The notes under the pieces are model-generated. The model saw only the letters and a list, made by a program, of their open reading frames with translations, was not told where the DNA came from and did no database searches. A program made the position numbers and the translations under genes. A stretch of DNA of 63,973 bases, the filler included, from an uncultured bacterium (GTDB lineage Bacteria > CAYJRR01), in assembly GCA_964372275.1 (NCBI GenBank). It is 3 parts of 3 records of this genome, joined end to end, with 100 filler letters (N's around TTAATTAATTAA, not from the genome) between each part and the next. Parts side by side here need not be neighbours in the genome. Positions count along the whole stretch, not along the records: positions 1 to 24,507 come from CAYJRR010000071.1; positions 24,608 to 48,866 come from CAYJRR010000072.1; 1 more part is not named here. One strand, written 5' to 3'. Shown here one piece after another: positions 19,987 to 29,070 of this stretch; position 1 is the stretch's first letter, and each line of letters opens with the position of its first letter.

Positions 19987-20358
19987 TCAACGCGACACGC
20001 GCGCTGCGGCCCGGAATTCCGGAACTTTCTTCCGAAGAAGCGAGGCGAAGAGCCGCTGCTGCTCGGCGAGTCCGAAGCCGACGAAGGCGACGGCGACGAG
20101 CTGACCTCCGAGCAGGCCCTGCGTCCGCCGGATCTCCCCGACGGTGCGCAGCTCGTCCTGCCCGATGCGCCACGCCAACTCGACCGTCTCCCCGACGAAG
20201 CCGACCGGTCCGTCGGCGATGAAGCGTGCCCCGCCGCGCGAGAGGTTCGTCACCCGCCCTTGCAGCGCCCCCTGGGGAGTGAGGATCTCCAGCTGAACCA
20301 GGAACCGGCTGCGCGGATGGCGCCGCCGCTCCGGACCGTTCCTCGTGGTTGTGCCCAT
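19987..20358 (-). CDS. PilZ domain protein
   Basis: ERRRHPR (RxxxR) and NLSRGG (D/NxSxxG) c-di-GMP motifs. Confidence 0.8.
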   Translation of the reverse strand: MGTTTRNGPERRRHPRSRFLVQLEILTPQGALQGRVTNLSRGGARFIADGPVGFVGETVELAWRIGQDELRTVGEIRRTQGLLGGQLVAVAFVGFGLAEQQRLFASLLRKKVPEFRAAARVSR

Positions 20359-20496
20359 GGAGACAAATTGTAGCGGCCGCTCGGCCGCGCCGGGAGCCGC
20401 CGGGCGCGATTTCATCGCGCACCGCGTCGAGATCGCCGCGCCGGTCGGGAAGGCCTTGACAGAACCGCCGTCAAGAGTCGACAAGCGGGCACGCGG

Positions 20497-21222
20497 ATGA
20501 ACGCCTCCCACGCCGATCGGCCCGCTCCGAGCTACCGCTACTTCGACCTGCTGGTCGCCGGTTTCGTCTGCGTGCTCCTCTGTTCGAACCTGATCGGTCC
20601 GGGAAAGTCGTGCCGGATCCAGCTTGCCGGCGCCAGCCTGGTCTTCGGCGCGGGGAACATCTTCTTCCCCGTCAGCTACATCTTCGGCGACGTCCTGACC
20701 GAAGTGTACGGCTACGCCGCCAGCCGGCGCGCGATCTGGGCCGGCTTCGGTGCGATGATCTTCGCCACCTTGATGGCCTGGGTGGTCGTTCGCCTCCCGG
20801 TCGACGCCGCCGAGCCCTACAGCGTCACGCTCCAACCGGCGATCGAGCTCGTCTTCGGCAACGGGCCGCGGATCGTCGCCGGATCGCTGCTCGCCTTCTG
20901 GGCCGGCGATTTCGCCAACTCCTACCTCCTGGCGAAGATGAAGCTAATGACCGAGGGCCGCCATCTCTGGACCCGGACGATCGGTTCGACGATCGTCGGA
21001 CAGGGGGTCGACAGCCTCGTCTTCTACCCGATCGCCTTCGCCGGGCTCTGGACGACGCGCACCCTGCTGACGGTGGTGCTCTTCAACTGGTTGTTCAAGG
21101 TGGCGGTGGAGGTGATCTTCACGCCCGTCACCTATGCCGTGGTCGGATTCCTGAAGAAGGCCGAAGGGGTCGATCACTACGACCGCGAGACCGACTTCTC
21201 CCCGTTCACGCTCAGCGCCTGA
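20497..21222 (+). CDS. yhhQ: Queuosine precursor transporter (VUT/YhhQ family)
   Basis: FPVSYIFGDVLTEVYG, RTIGSTIVGQGVDS, multiple TM helices. Confidence 0.88.
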   Translation: MNASHADRPAPSYRYFDLLVAGFVCVLLCSNLIGPGKSCRIQLAGASLVFGAGNIFFPVSYIFGDVLTEVYGYAASRRAIWAGFGAMIFATLMAWVVVRLPVDAAEPYSVTLQPAIELVFGNGPRIVAGSLLAFWAGDFANSYLLAKMKLMTEGRHLWTRTIGSTIVGQGVDSLVFYPIAFAGLWTTRTLLTVVLFNWLFKVAVEVIFTPVTYAVVGFLKKAEGVDHYDRETDFSPFTLSA

Positions 21223-21279
21223 AGGGATCCGTACTCTCCCGGGCCTCGCGATCACTTCACGCTCGACGTTTCCTGTAAC

Positions 21280-23109
21280 ATGGACGCGGTGCACCTCTCG
21301 CGGCGAGGGAAGGCGACGAGGGTCGGTCGCGTTCGTCGAGCTCTCGGGATTCTTCTCGCCTCGTCGTTCTTCGCGGCGTGTTCGAGAGTGGCCGACCTTC
21401 CGGAGCTCCTCTCCGACAACGCGCGCCTGTCGGGGCTCCGCATTTCCGCTCCGTCGGCGGAGGTCACCCCGGGGTTCGATCCGGAGACGCTTGGATACTC
21501 GGCCGACGTCGGCTTTCTCGCGTCGACGGTGGTCGTTACGGCGGTGGCGGAAGATCCCGCGGCGAGCATCGAGATCGAGGGACAGGAGGTCGTTTCCGCA
21601 GAGCCCTCGTCGCCGATCGACCTCTCGGTCGGACTCAACGAGCTTTCGATCGTGGTGACGGCGGAGAACGGGGACGAACGAACCTATTCGGTGCACCTGG
21701 CCCGGGCGACCGACCTTGTCGGCCTTCCGAGCTATTTCAAGGCCTCCAACACCGAATCGTTCGACCACTTCGGTTTCTCCGTCGCGGTCTCCGGCGACAC
21801 GCTGGCGGTGGCGGCGCGGGACGAGGACTCGAGCGCCACCGGGATCGACGGCGATGAGCAGGACGACGGCGCGCCCGAGAGCGGTGCGGTTTTCGTCTTC
21901 GTTCGAGAGAACGGGGGCTGGAGCCAGCAGGCCTATCTCAAGGCCTCCAACACCGGGGCCGCGGACTATTTCGGACATAGCCTCGCGCTCCACGAAGACA
22001 CGCTGGTCGTGGGCGCTCCGTTCGAGGACTCGGCATCGGCGGGGGTGAACGGAGACTCCGCGGACAACTCGTCCGATCGGAGCGGCGCCGCCTACGTCTT
22101 CGTGCGCGACAACGGCCTGTGGAGCCAGCAGGCGTACCTCAAGGCTTCCAATCCCGACCCGCTCGACGGATTCGGCACCAGCGTCGCCGTCTGGGGCGAT
22201 TCGATCGTTGTCGGCGCGCCGTACGAAGCGTCGTTCGCCACCGGAGTGAACGGGAATCAGTCGGACGACTCCGTATCCGAATCGGGAGCCGCCTACCTCT
22301 TCGTCCGGAACGGATCGACCTGGACGCAGCAGGCCTATCTCAAGGCCTCCAACACCCAGCTCGACGACCACTTCGGCCGCGAGGTCGGCGTGTGGGACGA
22401 TACGCTGGTGGTGGCCGCCGTCGATGAAGACTCCGGCGCTCTGGGAGTGAACGGAAACCAGGGCGACAATTCGGCGCTGAACAGCGGCGCCGTCTACGTC
22501 TTCGTCCGGCGCGGCCTGGCGTGGACACAACAGGCCTACCTCAAGGCATCGAACACCGGCGCGTCGGACAACTTCGGCGACAGTCTCGCCATCGATGGGG
22601 AGACCGTCGCGGTCGGGGCGATCCTCGAGGACTCGAGAACGAGCGGAGTCGGTTCCACCCCCAACGACGCGGGCGTCGACAACGGCGCCGTCTACGTCTT
22701 CGTGCGAAGCGGAGAGGCGTGGAGCCAACAGGCCTATGTCAAGGCGTCGAACACCGGCGACGGGGACCTTTTCGGCCATTCGCTCGCGCTTTCGGGAGAC
22801 CGGCTGCTCGTCGGGGCCGACGGCGAGGACTCGAGCGCAATCGGGCTCGACGGCAACGAGTCGACCGAAAACGTGACCGATGCCGGCGCCGCCTATCTCT
22901 ACCTTCGCAGCGCCGGCGCCTGGTCGAAAGAGGCCTACCTCAAGGCCTCGAACACCGACGTCCCGGATCACTTCGGCTTCACCGTCGCGATCTCCGGCGA
23001 TCTCCTGGCGATCGGCGCCCTCTACGAGGATTCCTTGGCGACCGGAATCGACGGCGACGGGTCGAATGAAGGCGCCTCCGAAAGCGGCGCCGTCTACCTC
23101 TATCGGTGA
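21280..23109 (+). CDS. Lipoprotein with cadherin-like beta-sandwich and FG-GAP repeat propeller
   Basis: FFAAC lipobox; LSGL...FDPET cadherin-like domain; about 7 repeats of W.QQAYLKASNT...FG.S. Confidence 0.85.
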   Translation: MDAVHLSRRGKATRVGRVRRALGILLASSFFAACSRVADLPELLSDNARLSGLRISAPSAEVTPGFDPETLGYSADVGFLASTVVVTAVAEDPAASIEIEGQEVVSAEPSSPIDLSVGLNELSIVVTAENGDERTYSVHLARATDLVGLPSYFKASNTESFDHFGFSVAVSGDTLAVAARDEDSSATGIDGDEQDDGAPESGAVFVFVRENGGWSQQAYLKASNTGAADYFGHSLALHEDTLVVGAPFEDSASAGVNGDSADNSSDRSGAAYVFVRDNGLWSQQAYLKASNPDPLDGFGTSVAVWGDSIVVGAPYEASFATGVNGNQSDDSVSESGAAYLFVRNGSTWTQQAYLKASNTQLDDHFGREVGVWDDTLVVAAVDEDSGALGVNGNQGDNSALNSGAVYVFVRRGLAWTQQAYLKASNTGASDNFGDSLAIDGETVAVGAILEDSRTSGVGSTPNDAGVDNGAVYVFVRSGEAWSQQAYVKASNTGDGDLFGHSLALSGDRLLVGADGEDSSAIGLDGNESTENVTDAGAAYLYLRSAGAWSKEAYLKASNTDVPDHFGFTVAISGDLLAIGALYEDSLATGIDGDGSNEGASESGAVYLYR

Positions 23110-23122
23110 ACGGAGAACGGTC

Positions 23123-24507
23123 ATGTGGACGTTGGACCGACGATCGCGGCTCGGTGGCTGGCTGCTGCTGGCGCTGGCCGCGGGATGCGGCGAGCCGGCG
23201 AAAGAGCGCTTTTCGGTCGGCGGCACGGTCGAGGGTGCGGACGGCGAGCTGGTCCTCTCCAGCGGCTCGGCGCTGCTGGTCGTCGACACCAGTGGGAGCT
23301 TCTCGTTCCGCGAGGCGTTTCGGGACGGAGAGGTCTACGCGATAACGGTGGAGGTGCCCCCCGACGGTCGCAGTTGCGCCGTCGAGAACGGTGTGGGGAT
23401 GGTCGACGACGCCGACGTGGACGACGTCGTCGTGACCTGCCGTTCGAACGACACCCGGCTCGCGGAGCTTTCGCTCTCGTCCCCCTCGGTCGCGCTCGCG
23501 CCGGGATTCGATCCGGAGACGACGTTCTACGAGGCCAGCGTCGGTCTGTTCGCCTCGTCGGTGATCGTGACCGCGACCGCGGAGGACCCGGAGGCGACCG
23601 TGACGGTCCAGGGGATGCCGGTCCCCTCGGGCGAACCGGCGGGACCGGTCGAGCTGGCCCTCGGCTCCAACCTGCTCGACGTGACGGTGGAAGCGGAAAA
23701 CGGCGATCGGCGCGCCTACCACCTTCGCGTCGGCCGGTCCGTCGACCTCCTCGGTTCGCCGACCTACCTCAAGGCCTCCAATTCCGCAGCGGGGGACTAC
23801 TTCGGACTCTCCGTCGCCGTTTCCGGCGACACGCTGGCGGTCGGGGCGATCAACGAGGATTCGAGCGCCACGGGCGTCGGGGGGAATCAGGCCGACAACG
23901 CCGCCGCGGACAGCGGCGCGGTCTACGTATTCGCGCGGACCGAGGGGGTCTGGAGCCAGCAGGCGTATCTCAAGGCCTCCAACACCGGCGCGGGCGATCT
24001 CTTCGGGACGACGGTCGCGCTCTCCGGCGACACGCTGGCGGTCGGCGCCTCGGGCGAAGATTCAAGCGCGACGGGTGTGGGCGGCGCCCAGAACGACGAG
24101 GCGGCGGCGGGCAGCGGCGCGGTCTACGTCTTCGCCCGAAACGGCGGGGTCTGGAGCCAGCAGGCCTATCTCAAAGCCTCCAACACCGGTGCCGGCGATT
24201 CCTTCGGCCAGGATGTCGCGCTCTCGGGCGACACCCTGGTGGTGGGAGCGATCTTCGAGGATTCGATCGCGACCGGGATCAACGGGAATCAAGCCGACGA
24301 GACCGCCTCCAACAGCGGCGCCGCCTACGTCTTCGTTCTCAACGAAGGGACCTGGAGCCAGCAGGCCTATCTCAAGGCCTCCAACACCGACGCTGGCGAC
24401 TTCTTTGGGGGCGCGGTCGGCATTTCGGGTGACACGGTGGTCGTGTCGGCGCGAATCGAGAGTTCCGGCGCGACGGGCATCAACGGGAACCAGGCCGACA
24501 ACAGTGC
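23123..24507 (+). CDS. Paralogous cadherin-like and FG-GAP repeat lipoprotein (3' end lost at contig edge)
   Basis: LAAGC lipobox; same WSQQAYLKASNT repeats; runs into Ns. Confidence 0.85.
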
Positions 24508-24607
24508 NNNNNNNNNNNNNNNNNNNNNNNNNNNNNNNNNNNNNNNNNNNNTTAATTAATTAANNNNNNNNNNNNNNNNNNNNNNNNNNNNNNNNNNNNN
24601 NNNNNNN
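24508..24607. other. Artificial contig linker
   Basis: N run, TTAATTAATTAA (stops in all six frames), N run. Confidence 0.98.
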
Positions 24608-24905
24608 CGACGAAGACGAGCCCGTCGATCCCCTTGAGCAGCTTCTTGCGGATCGCGGCGTGCTCCCACGCGCCGGGAGCGGTGTGCACGTCGAGGTAGG
24701 TCGGCGCGCCCTTGACCTCCCCCAGGTTCACCGGCAGGAGCTCGAACTCGCCGTTGGGCCGCGTCACGTCGAAACGCTCGACCTCCCCCTTCTGGTCCGA
24801 CTTGAGGCGCCCGCCGACGTAGGTGAGCGTGGTCGTCTTTCCGGCGCCCGGTGGGCCCCACAGGAGGATCCTCGCGTGAATGCCGCCGTCTCTCGCCGCG
24901 CCCAT
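24608..24905 (-). CDS. MglA-family small GTPase paralog (partial)
   Basis: GPPGAGKTT P-loop; LLPVNLGEVKG, HTAPG, RKKLLKGIDGLVFV align to MglA. Confidence 0.8.
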
Positions 24906-24918
24906 CGACCGTCTCGCC

Positions 24919-25974
24919 CTAGCGGTTCCCCGATTTCTGCGTGTAAAGCTGCCGCGCCATCGTCTTCACCACACCGGGGATGTTCGGATTCTTGGCCAGG
25001 AGCCCCAGGTCGGCGAGCTTCACGTTCTTGATCATGGCGACGGCGATCGCCTGCGGCGTCTTCGGATTGGAGACGAGCCCCAGCTGGATCTCGTAGTTCT
25101 TGCACCAGTCCCGGTTCTTGGCGATCGCCCGCAGCACGTCGCTCGAGACCTGCCGGCTCTTGGAGAGCGCGATCACCTCGCCGTCGGTGAGCCGCCCGGA
25201 GTTGAGCACCGCGCCGACCACGATCTTGTTCGTCTCGCGCACCAGGATCTGGCGCACCTCCTTGTTGGCCCGGTAGGCGAGCTTCACCTTCTGCGAGACC
25301 GTCATCGCGGCCAGCCGCTGCAGGAGCGAGAGTTTCTTCTCCTCGGAAGCGGGGGCCGCGTCGTCGGAGGTCATCTCCGGGGAGAACGTCTCGTCCCCGA
25401 TCACCTCCTGGACCAACGCCGGCGAGACCTCCTCGGGCAGCCCCGCGACCTTCGCTTCGACGCCGGTCGGGAGGACCCCCGACATCTGCAGGAAAGCGAC
25501 GGTGACGTCGATCAGCGACTTGGGGGTCACCGGGTTCTTCTTGAGGGCGTCGAGAATCTGCGGCGCCTGCAGCAGGCGCTCCTGGTTCTTGCCGACGATC
25601 TCGACGATCTTGAGCGACCGACTCTGCTCCGCGACAAAGACCAGGGTGTCGTCGGAGATCTGCTTGCGCAGCACGAGGAACTCGAGCAAGTCCTCGTCCT
25701 GCATCCGCGTCCGCGCCACCAGATCGATCACACCGGCGTGGGTCTTGGAGTCGATCGCCCCCTTGAGCAGGTTGGCCGGCGTTCCGCCCAGCGCCGTCGC
25801 CGCCGCCTTCGCAATCGCGGAGTCTGCGTCGAGGGTGAGGGCGTACTGGATGGCGAGGAGGTCCCGGGGGGTCGCTCCGGGCACGATCCCGCGCGCCGCC
25901 ATCATCCGCATCGGCGGCGGGGCGCTCGGATCGATCACCTTTGCGAACTTCGGATCGACCTCGACCGGCTCCAT
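24919..25974 (-). CDS. Hypothetical helical-repeat protein
   Basis: GGAGG RBS, normal composition, repeated NPxTP helical units. Confidence 0.75.
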   Translation of the reverse strand: MEPVEVDPKFAKVIDPSAPPPMRMMAARGIVPGATPRDLLAIQYALTLDADSAIAKAAATALGGTPANLLKGAIDSKTHAGVIDLVARTRMQDEDLLEFLVLRKQISDDTLVFVAEQSRSLKIVEIVGKNQERLLQAPQILDALKKNPVTPKSLIDVTVAFLQMSGVLPTGVEAKVAGLPEEVSPALVQEVIGDETFSPEMTSDDAAPASEEKKLSLLQRLAAMTVSQKVKLAYRANKEVRQILVRETNKIVVGAVLNSGRLTDGEVIALSKSRQVSSDVLRAIAKNRDWCKNYEIQLGLVSNPKTPQAIAVAMIKNVKLADLGLLAKNPNIPGVVKTMARQLYTQKSGNR

Positions 25975-26016
25975 CGCCTCCGAATCCTATATGATCGCAT
26001 CGTAGGAGACACCCCC

Positions 26017-26316
26017 ATGAACCGATCGTCGCAGAACCGTCGACACCTCACCGGAGCCGCCATCGCCCTGGCGGTCGCGGGGATGTTCGCCGCGGACGCC
26101 GCGGCCGGCGATCGCCCCCGCCGCTCGAAGGAGCGGAACGCCTCCACCAAGGTCCGCTGCGCCGGTATCAACGAGTGCCGAGGAAAGGGGGAGTGCGCCG
26201 GCAAGGACCACGTCTGCGCCGGCCACAACGCTTGCAAGGGAAAGGGCTGGATCTCGGTGCCGTCGGAGAAGGCATGTACCGACAAGGGCGGCAAGGTCGT
26301 CAGCGATTCGAAGTGA
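26017..26316 (+). CDS. Secreted six-Cys peptide, bufferin BufA2-like precursor
   Basis: AGGAG RBS; signal peptide; CAGINECRGKGEC...CAGHNACKGKGW...C...GG. Confidence 0.75.
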   Translation: MNRSSQNRRHLTGAAIALAVAGMFAADAAAGDRPRRSKERNASTKVRCAGINECRGKGECAGKDHVCAGHNACKGKGWISVPSEKACTDKGGKVVSDSK

Positions 26317-26359
26317 CGGCGCGGGACGGTAGGCTGCTCGCGCATCAAGTCCCCCGGCC

Positions 26360-26388
26360 TTGACGATTGTAGCTACGGGAGCTACATT
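26360..26388 (+). promoter_or_regulatory. Sigma-70 promoter with overlapping palindromic TA operator
   Basis: TTGACG-17 nt-TACATT; inverted repeat TGTAGCT-N5-AGCTACA at 26368-26386; GTG start 6 nt after the -10. Confidence 0.75.
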
Positions 26389-26394
26389 CAACCT

Positions 26395-26700
26395 GTGATC
26401 AGCGTCGGCGTGCGAGAGGCGAAGAACAACCTCAGCAAGTACCTCCGGGTTGTCGAGCAAGGGGAGGTGGTCCTGATTACGGATCGCGGACGGGTGGTGG
26501 CGCAGCTCCAGGCTCCGACCGTAGGGGGGCCGGCTCATTTCCGCGAGCAAGAGGCGCTGTACCGATTGGCACGTGTCGGTCGGCTGCGGGTCGCCCGCGG
26601 ACTTCCACCGAGCGCCCACCCCGTGGAGGCGCTGCCGGCGCCGAGCGCGCCCATCGATCTCAAGACCGAGCTCGATCGAAGCCGCGAGGATCGGTTCTGA
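26395..26700 (+). CDS. Phd/YefM family antitoxin
   Basis: VGVREAKNNLSKYLRVVEQGEVVLITDRGRVVAQL. Confidence 0.9.
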   Translation: MISVGVREAKNNLSKYLRVVEQGEVVLITDRGRVVAQLQAPTVGGPAHFREQEALYRLARVGRLRVARGLPPSAHPVEALPAPSAPIDLKTELDRSREDRF

Positions 26701-27122
26701 TCTACCTGGACTCCAGCATTCTGCTTCGCGTCTATCTGTCTCAGCCGGGCGTCACCGAGGCGCGCAGCCTGCTCGCTCTTCCGGATCCCAAGATCTCATC
26801 CTGGCTGATTGCCGTCGAGGTTCCGATCGTCTTGCGCCGCCTCCTCGCGGACCGTCCGTCGGACCGTGCGCTCCTCGACGCCGCGCTCTTGGCCTTCGAC
26901 GCAGACATCCAGGCACTCCACCTGATCTCCGACTTGCCGGAGATTGCCCGCCGGGTTCGAGTGGACGTTCGCCTCAGCGGCTGTCGATCGCTCGACGCCA
27001 TCCACATCGCGACCGCGCTGCTCGCGCAGGAGGAGACGGGCGTCCCGCTATCGCTGGCCACGTTCGACGAAACGCAACGGCGGCTCGCGTCGAGGTTCGG
27101 ACTCCGAACGCTTCCGGCCTGA
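26697..27122 (+). CDS. vapC: VapC PIN-domain toxin, inferred CTG start
   Basis: Frame reads IYLDSS...AVE...SLDAIHIATA...ATFDETQ; CTGA overlap with antitoxin stop; GAGGA 6 nt upstream. Confidence 0.85.
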   Translation: MIYLDSSILLRVYLSQPGVTEARSLLALPDPKISSWLIAVEVPIVLRRLLADRPSDRALLDAALLAFDADIQALHLISDLPEIARRVRVDVRLSGCRSLDAIHIATALLAQEETGVPLSLATFDETQRRLASRFGLRTLPA

Positions 27123-27911
27123 TCGGAGCCGATCCGGGTCGATCCGACCCTCGAGCGCTTCCCAGGCTCGACAAAGCCCTTCGAGCGTCAGCGTCGGCAC
27201 GACGCGCCCGATTCGCCGCGACAACGGAGCGACCGTCGCCGCGAGACCACCGGTGGCGATCACCCCGACGGTCGTTCCCAGCTGCGACTCGATCCGCGCA
27301 ATCAGCCCGTCGATCATCGCCGCGTGCGCCACGAGCAGACCCGACTGCATCGCATGACGCGTGTTCCGGCCGACGACGCGCGGCGGCGCGGCGAGCGGCA
27401 CTGGGCGCAGCCGCGCGGCGCGCCAGACCAGGCCTTGCATCGCGGAGGCGATGCCCGGCGCTATGACGCCGCCGACGAAGGCCCCCCGGCGGTCGACGAC
27501 GTCGAGCGTCGTCGCGGTGCCGAGGTCGACGACGACGAACGGCGGCCGGAGGAGGCGGAGGGCGGCGAGGCAATTCACCACCCGGTCGACGCCGACCGCC
27601 GACGGCCGATCGACCTTGACCGGGATCCCCAGCGAATCGGCCGCCGTCACGACCCGCGCCGGCCGGCCGAGCAGCCGCGTCGACGCCACCGAGAGAGCGC
27701 GGGTCACCGCCGGAACGACGCTGCCGACGACCAGCCGCGGACGCGACGTCCCCGGAGAACGGATGCACCGTGCAAGCAGGGCCGCCGCCCGGCCGGGATT
27801 CGCGAGTCGAGTGGTACGAACGCGCCAGGTTCGCCGCAGCCGGCGCCCCTCCCACCGGCCGAAGACGGTGTCGGTGTTCCCCACGTCGGCAACGAGAACG
27901 ACTGTATTCAT
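27048..27911 (-). CDS. coaX: Type III pantothenate kinase
   Basis: ADVGNT, GVDR, VVDLGTATT, GGVIAPG, ATGG. Confidence 0.92.
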   Translation of the reverse strand: MNTVVLVADVGNTDTVFGRWEGRRLRRTWRVRTTRLANPGRAAALLARCIRSPGTSRPRLVVGSVVPAVTRALSVASTRLLGRPARVVTAADSLGIPVKVDRPSAVGVDRVVNCLAALRLLRPPFVVVDLGTATTLDVVDRRGAFVGGVIAPGIASAMQGLVWRAARLRPVPLAAPPRVVGRNTRHAMQSGLLVAHAAMIDGLIARIESQLGTTVGVIATGGLAATVAPLSRRIGRVVPTLTLEGLCRAWEALEGRIDPDRLRSGRKRSESEPRREPPLRFVERGQR

Positions 27912-28329
27912 CGCAAGACGTCAGTCTGCATCTGGGCACGCTTCCAGTGAATCGAACGAAAGGGTGTTCACAGCCCCACGCGGAGTCCCTGGATACAACG
28001 GAATGGGTACGTGCATAGCATGGCCGAGGACCTGGCATCTTGGCTGCTTTTCGGGCGGCAAACGCGCTTCCGAAGCCACCAAACCAAGACCCTTCGCCCT
28101 CTAGCACCAACTGTCACCCATGTCTCTAGAGGGTTCTGTCGCCTATGTCTCCGCTTGCACCCGCGGGGAAGGGAGCCGGAGTCGGAGCCGGAACGTGACC
28201 GGAAGGGAACGTGACCGAGACACTTCAGGCGACGGAGAGTGGCTCCCAGTGCGCTCGTCACAGGAGCTGACAAGGAATTTCCCGCCCGCCCACCTCACGG
28301 TCGGATCGCCGTCCGCCGATTCTGAAATC

Positions 28330-29070
28330 CTACGTAACTTCCCCGGCGGCGATCTCCAGCACGCCCGCGGTCGTCTCCAGGCGCAACGCCCCGCTCGCGG
28401 CGATTCCGCGGGCGACCCCGGTCACCCGCTCCTCGGAAGCGCGTTGCACCGTCACCTTCCGGCCGGCGAGGCGGTCCCGCTCCGCCCACTCGGCGGACAG
28501 AGAACGAAATCCTTCGTTCACAAACCGCCGGTAGACCTCCTCCAACGCCCCGAACAGGGCCGCCTCCAGCTCCTCCCGCCGTACCCCCCTACCCGCCTCG
28601 CGCGCCAGCGTGGTCGCCGTCTCGGCCAGCTCGGGCGGCACCTCGGCGCCGACGTTGATCCCGATCCCCACCACGACACCGGCGAGGCGGCCCCCCTCGG
28701 GGGCGATTCCGGCTTGGACGACGCTCTCCACCAGCACGCCGGCCACCTTGCGACCGCCCACGAAGACGTCGTTCGGCCACTTGAGCTCGGCTGTGACCGG
28801 GGCCACCTCTTCGATCGCCAGCGCCACCGCCAGACCGATCGCCGGCGCCAGCGGCGGCGCCGCGGCCGGCGGGATCGCGGGGCGGAGCACCACCGACAGA
28901 TAGAGGTTTCCCGGCGCGCTGTGCCAGATCCGACCGCGCCGGCCCCTTCCTGCCGTCTGCTCCCGCGCCACGACGACCGTCCCCTCGATCGCACCCTCGG
29001 CCAAGAGCCGCTTGGCCTCGTCGTTGGTCGAGGTCACCACCTCCAACCGGTGCGCCGGCCGGCCGATCAT
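28330..29070 (-). CDS. birA: Biotin--acetyl-CoA-carboxylase ligase, class I (no HTH)
   Basis: STND, QTAGRGRRGRIW, KWPND, KVAGVL, GIGIN. Confidence 0.92.
   Translation of the reverse strand: MIGRPAHRLEVVTSTNDEAKRLLAEGAIEGTVVVAREQTAGRGRRGRIWHSAPGNLYLSVVLRPAIPPAAAPPLAPAIGLAVALAIEEVAPVTAELKWPNDVFVGGRKVAGVLVESVVQAGIAPEGGRLAGVVVGIGINVGAEVPPELAETATTLAREAGRGVRREELEAALFGALEEVYRRFVNEGFRSLSAEWAERDRLAGRKVTVQRASEERVTGVARGIAASGALRLETTAGVLEIAAGEVT

Noticed and set aside
20400-20496. preQ1 riboswitch upstream of yhhQ
   Set aside because: Only a short CTTGAC/GTCAAG stem; no preQ1 loop or A-rich tail recognised.
21730-24500. Regularly spaced direct repeats of about 36 bp as a CRISPR array
   Set aside because: In-frame coding FG-GAP repeats with roughly 190-nt period and homologous spacers; no cas genes.
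24508-24607. TTAATTAATTAA palindrome and ORFs ending in LIN
   Set aside because: Artificial contig spacer, repeated at 48867-48966; no linkage inferred across it.
26832-27122. 96-aa ORF-track version of the toxin
   Set aside because: Lacks the first PIN Asp; the gene extends to 26697.
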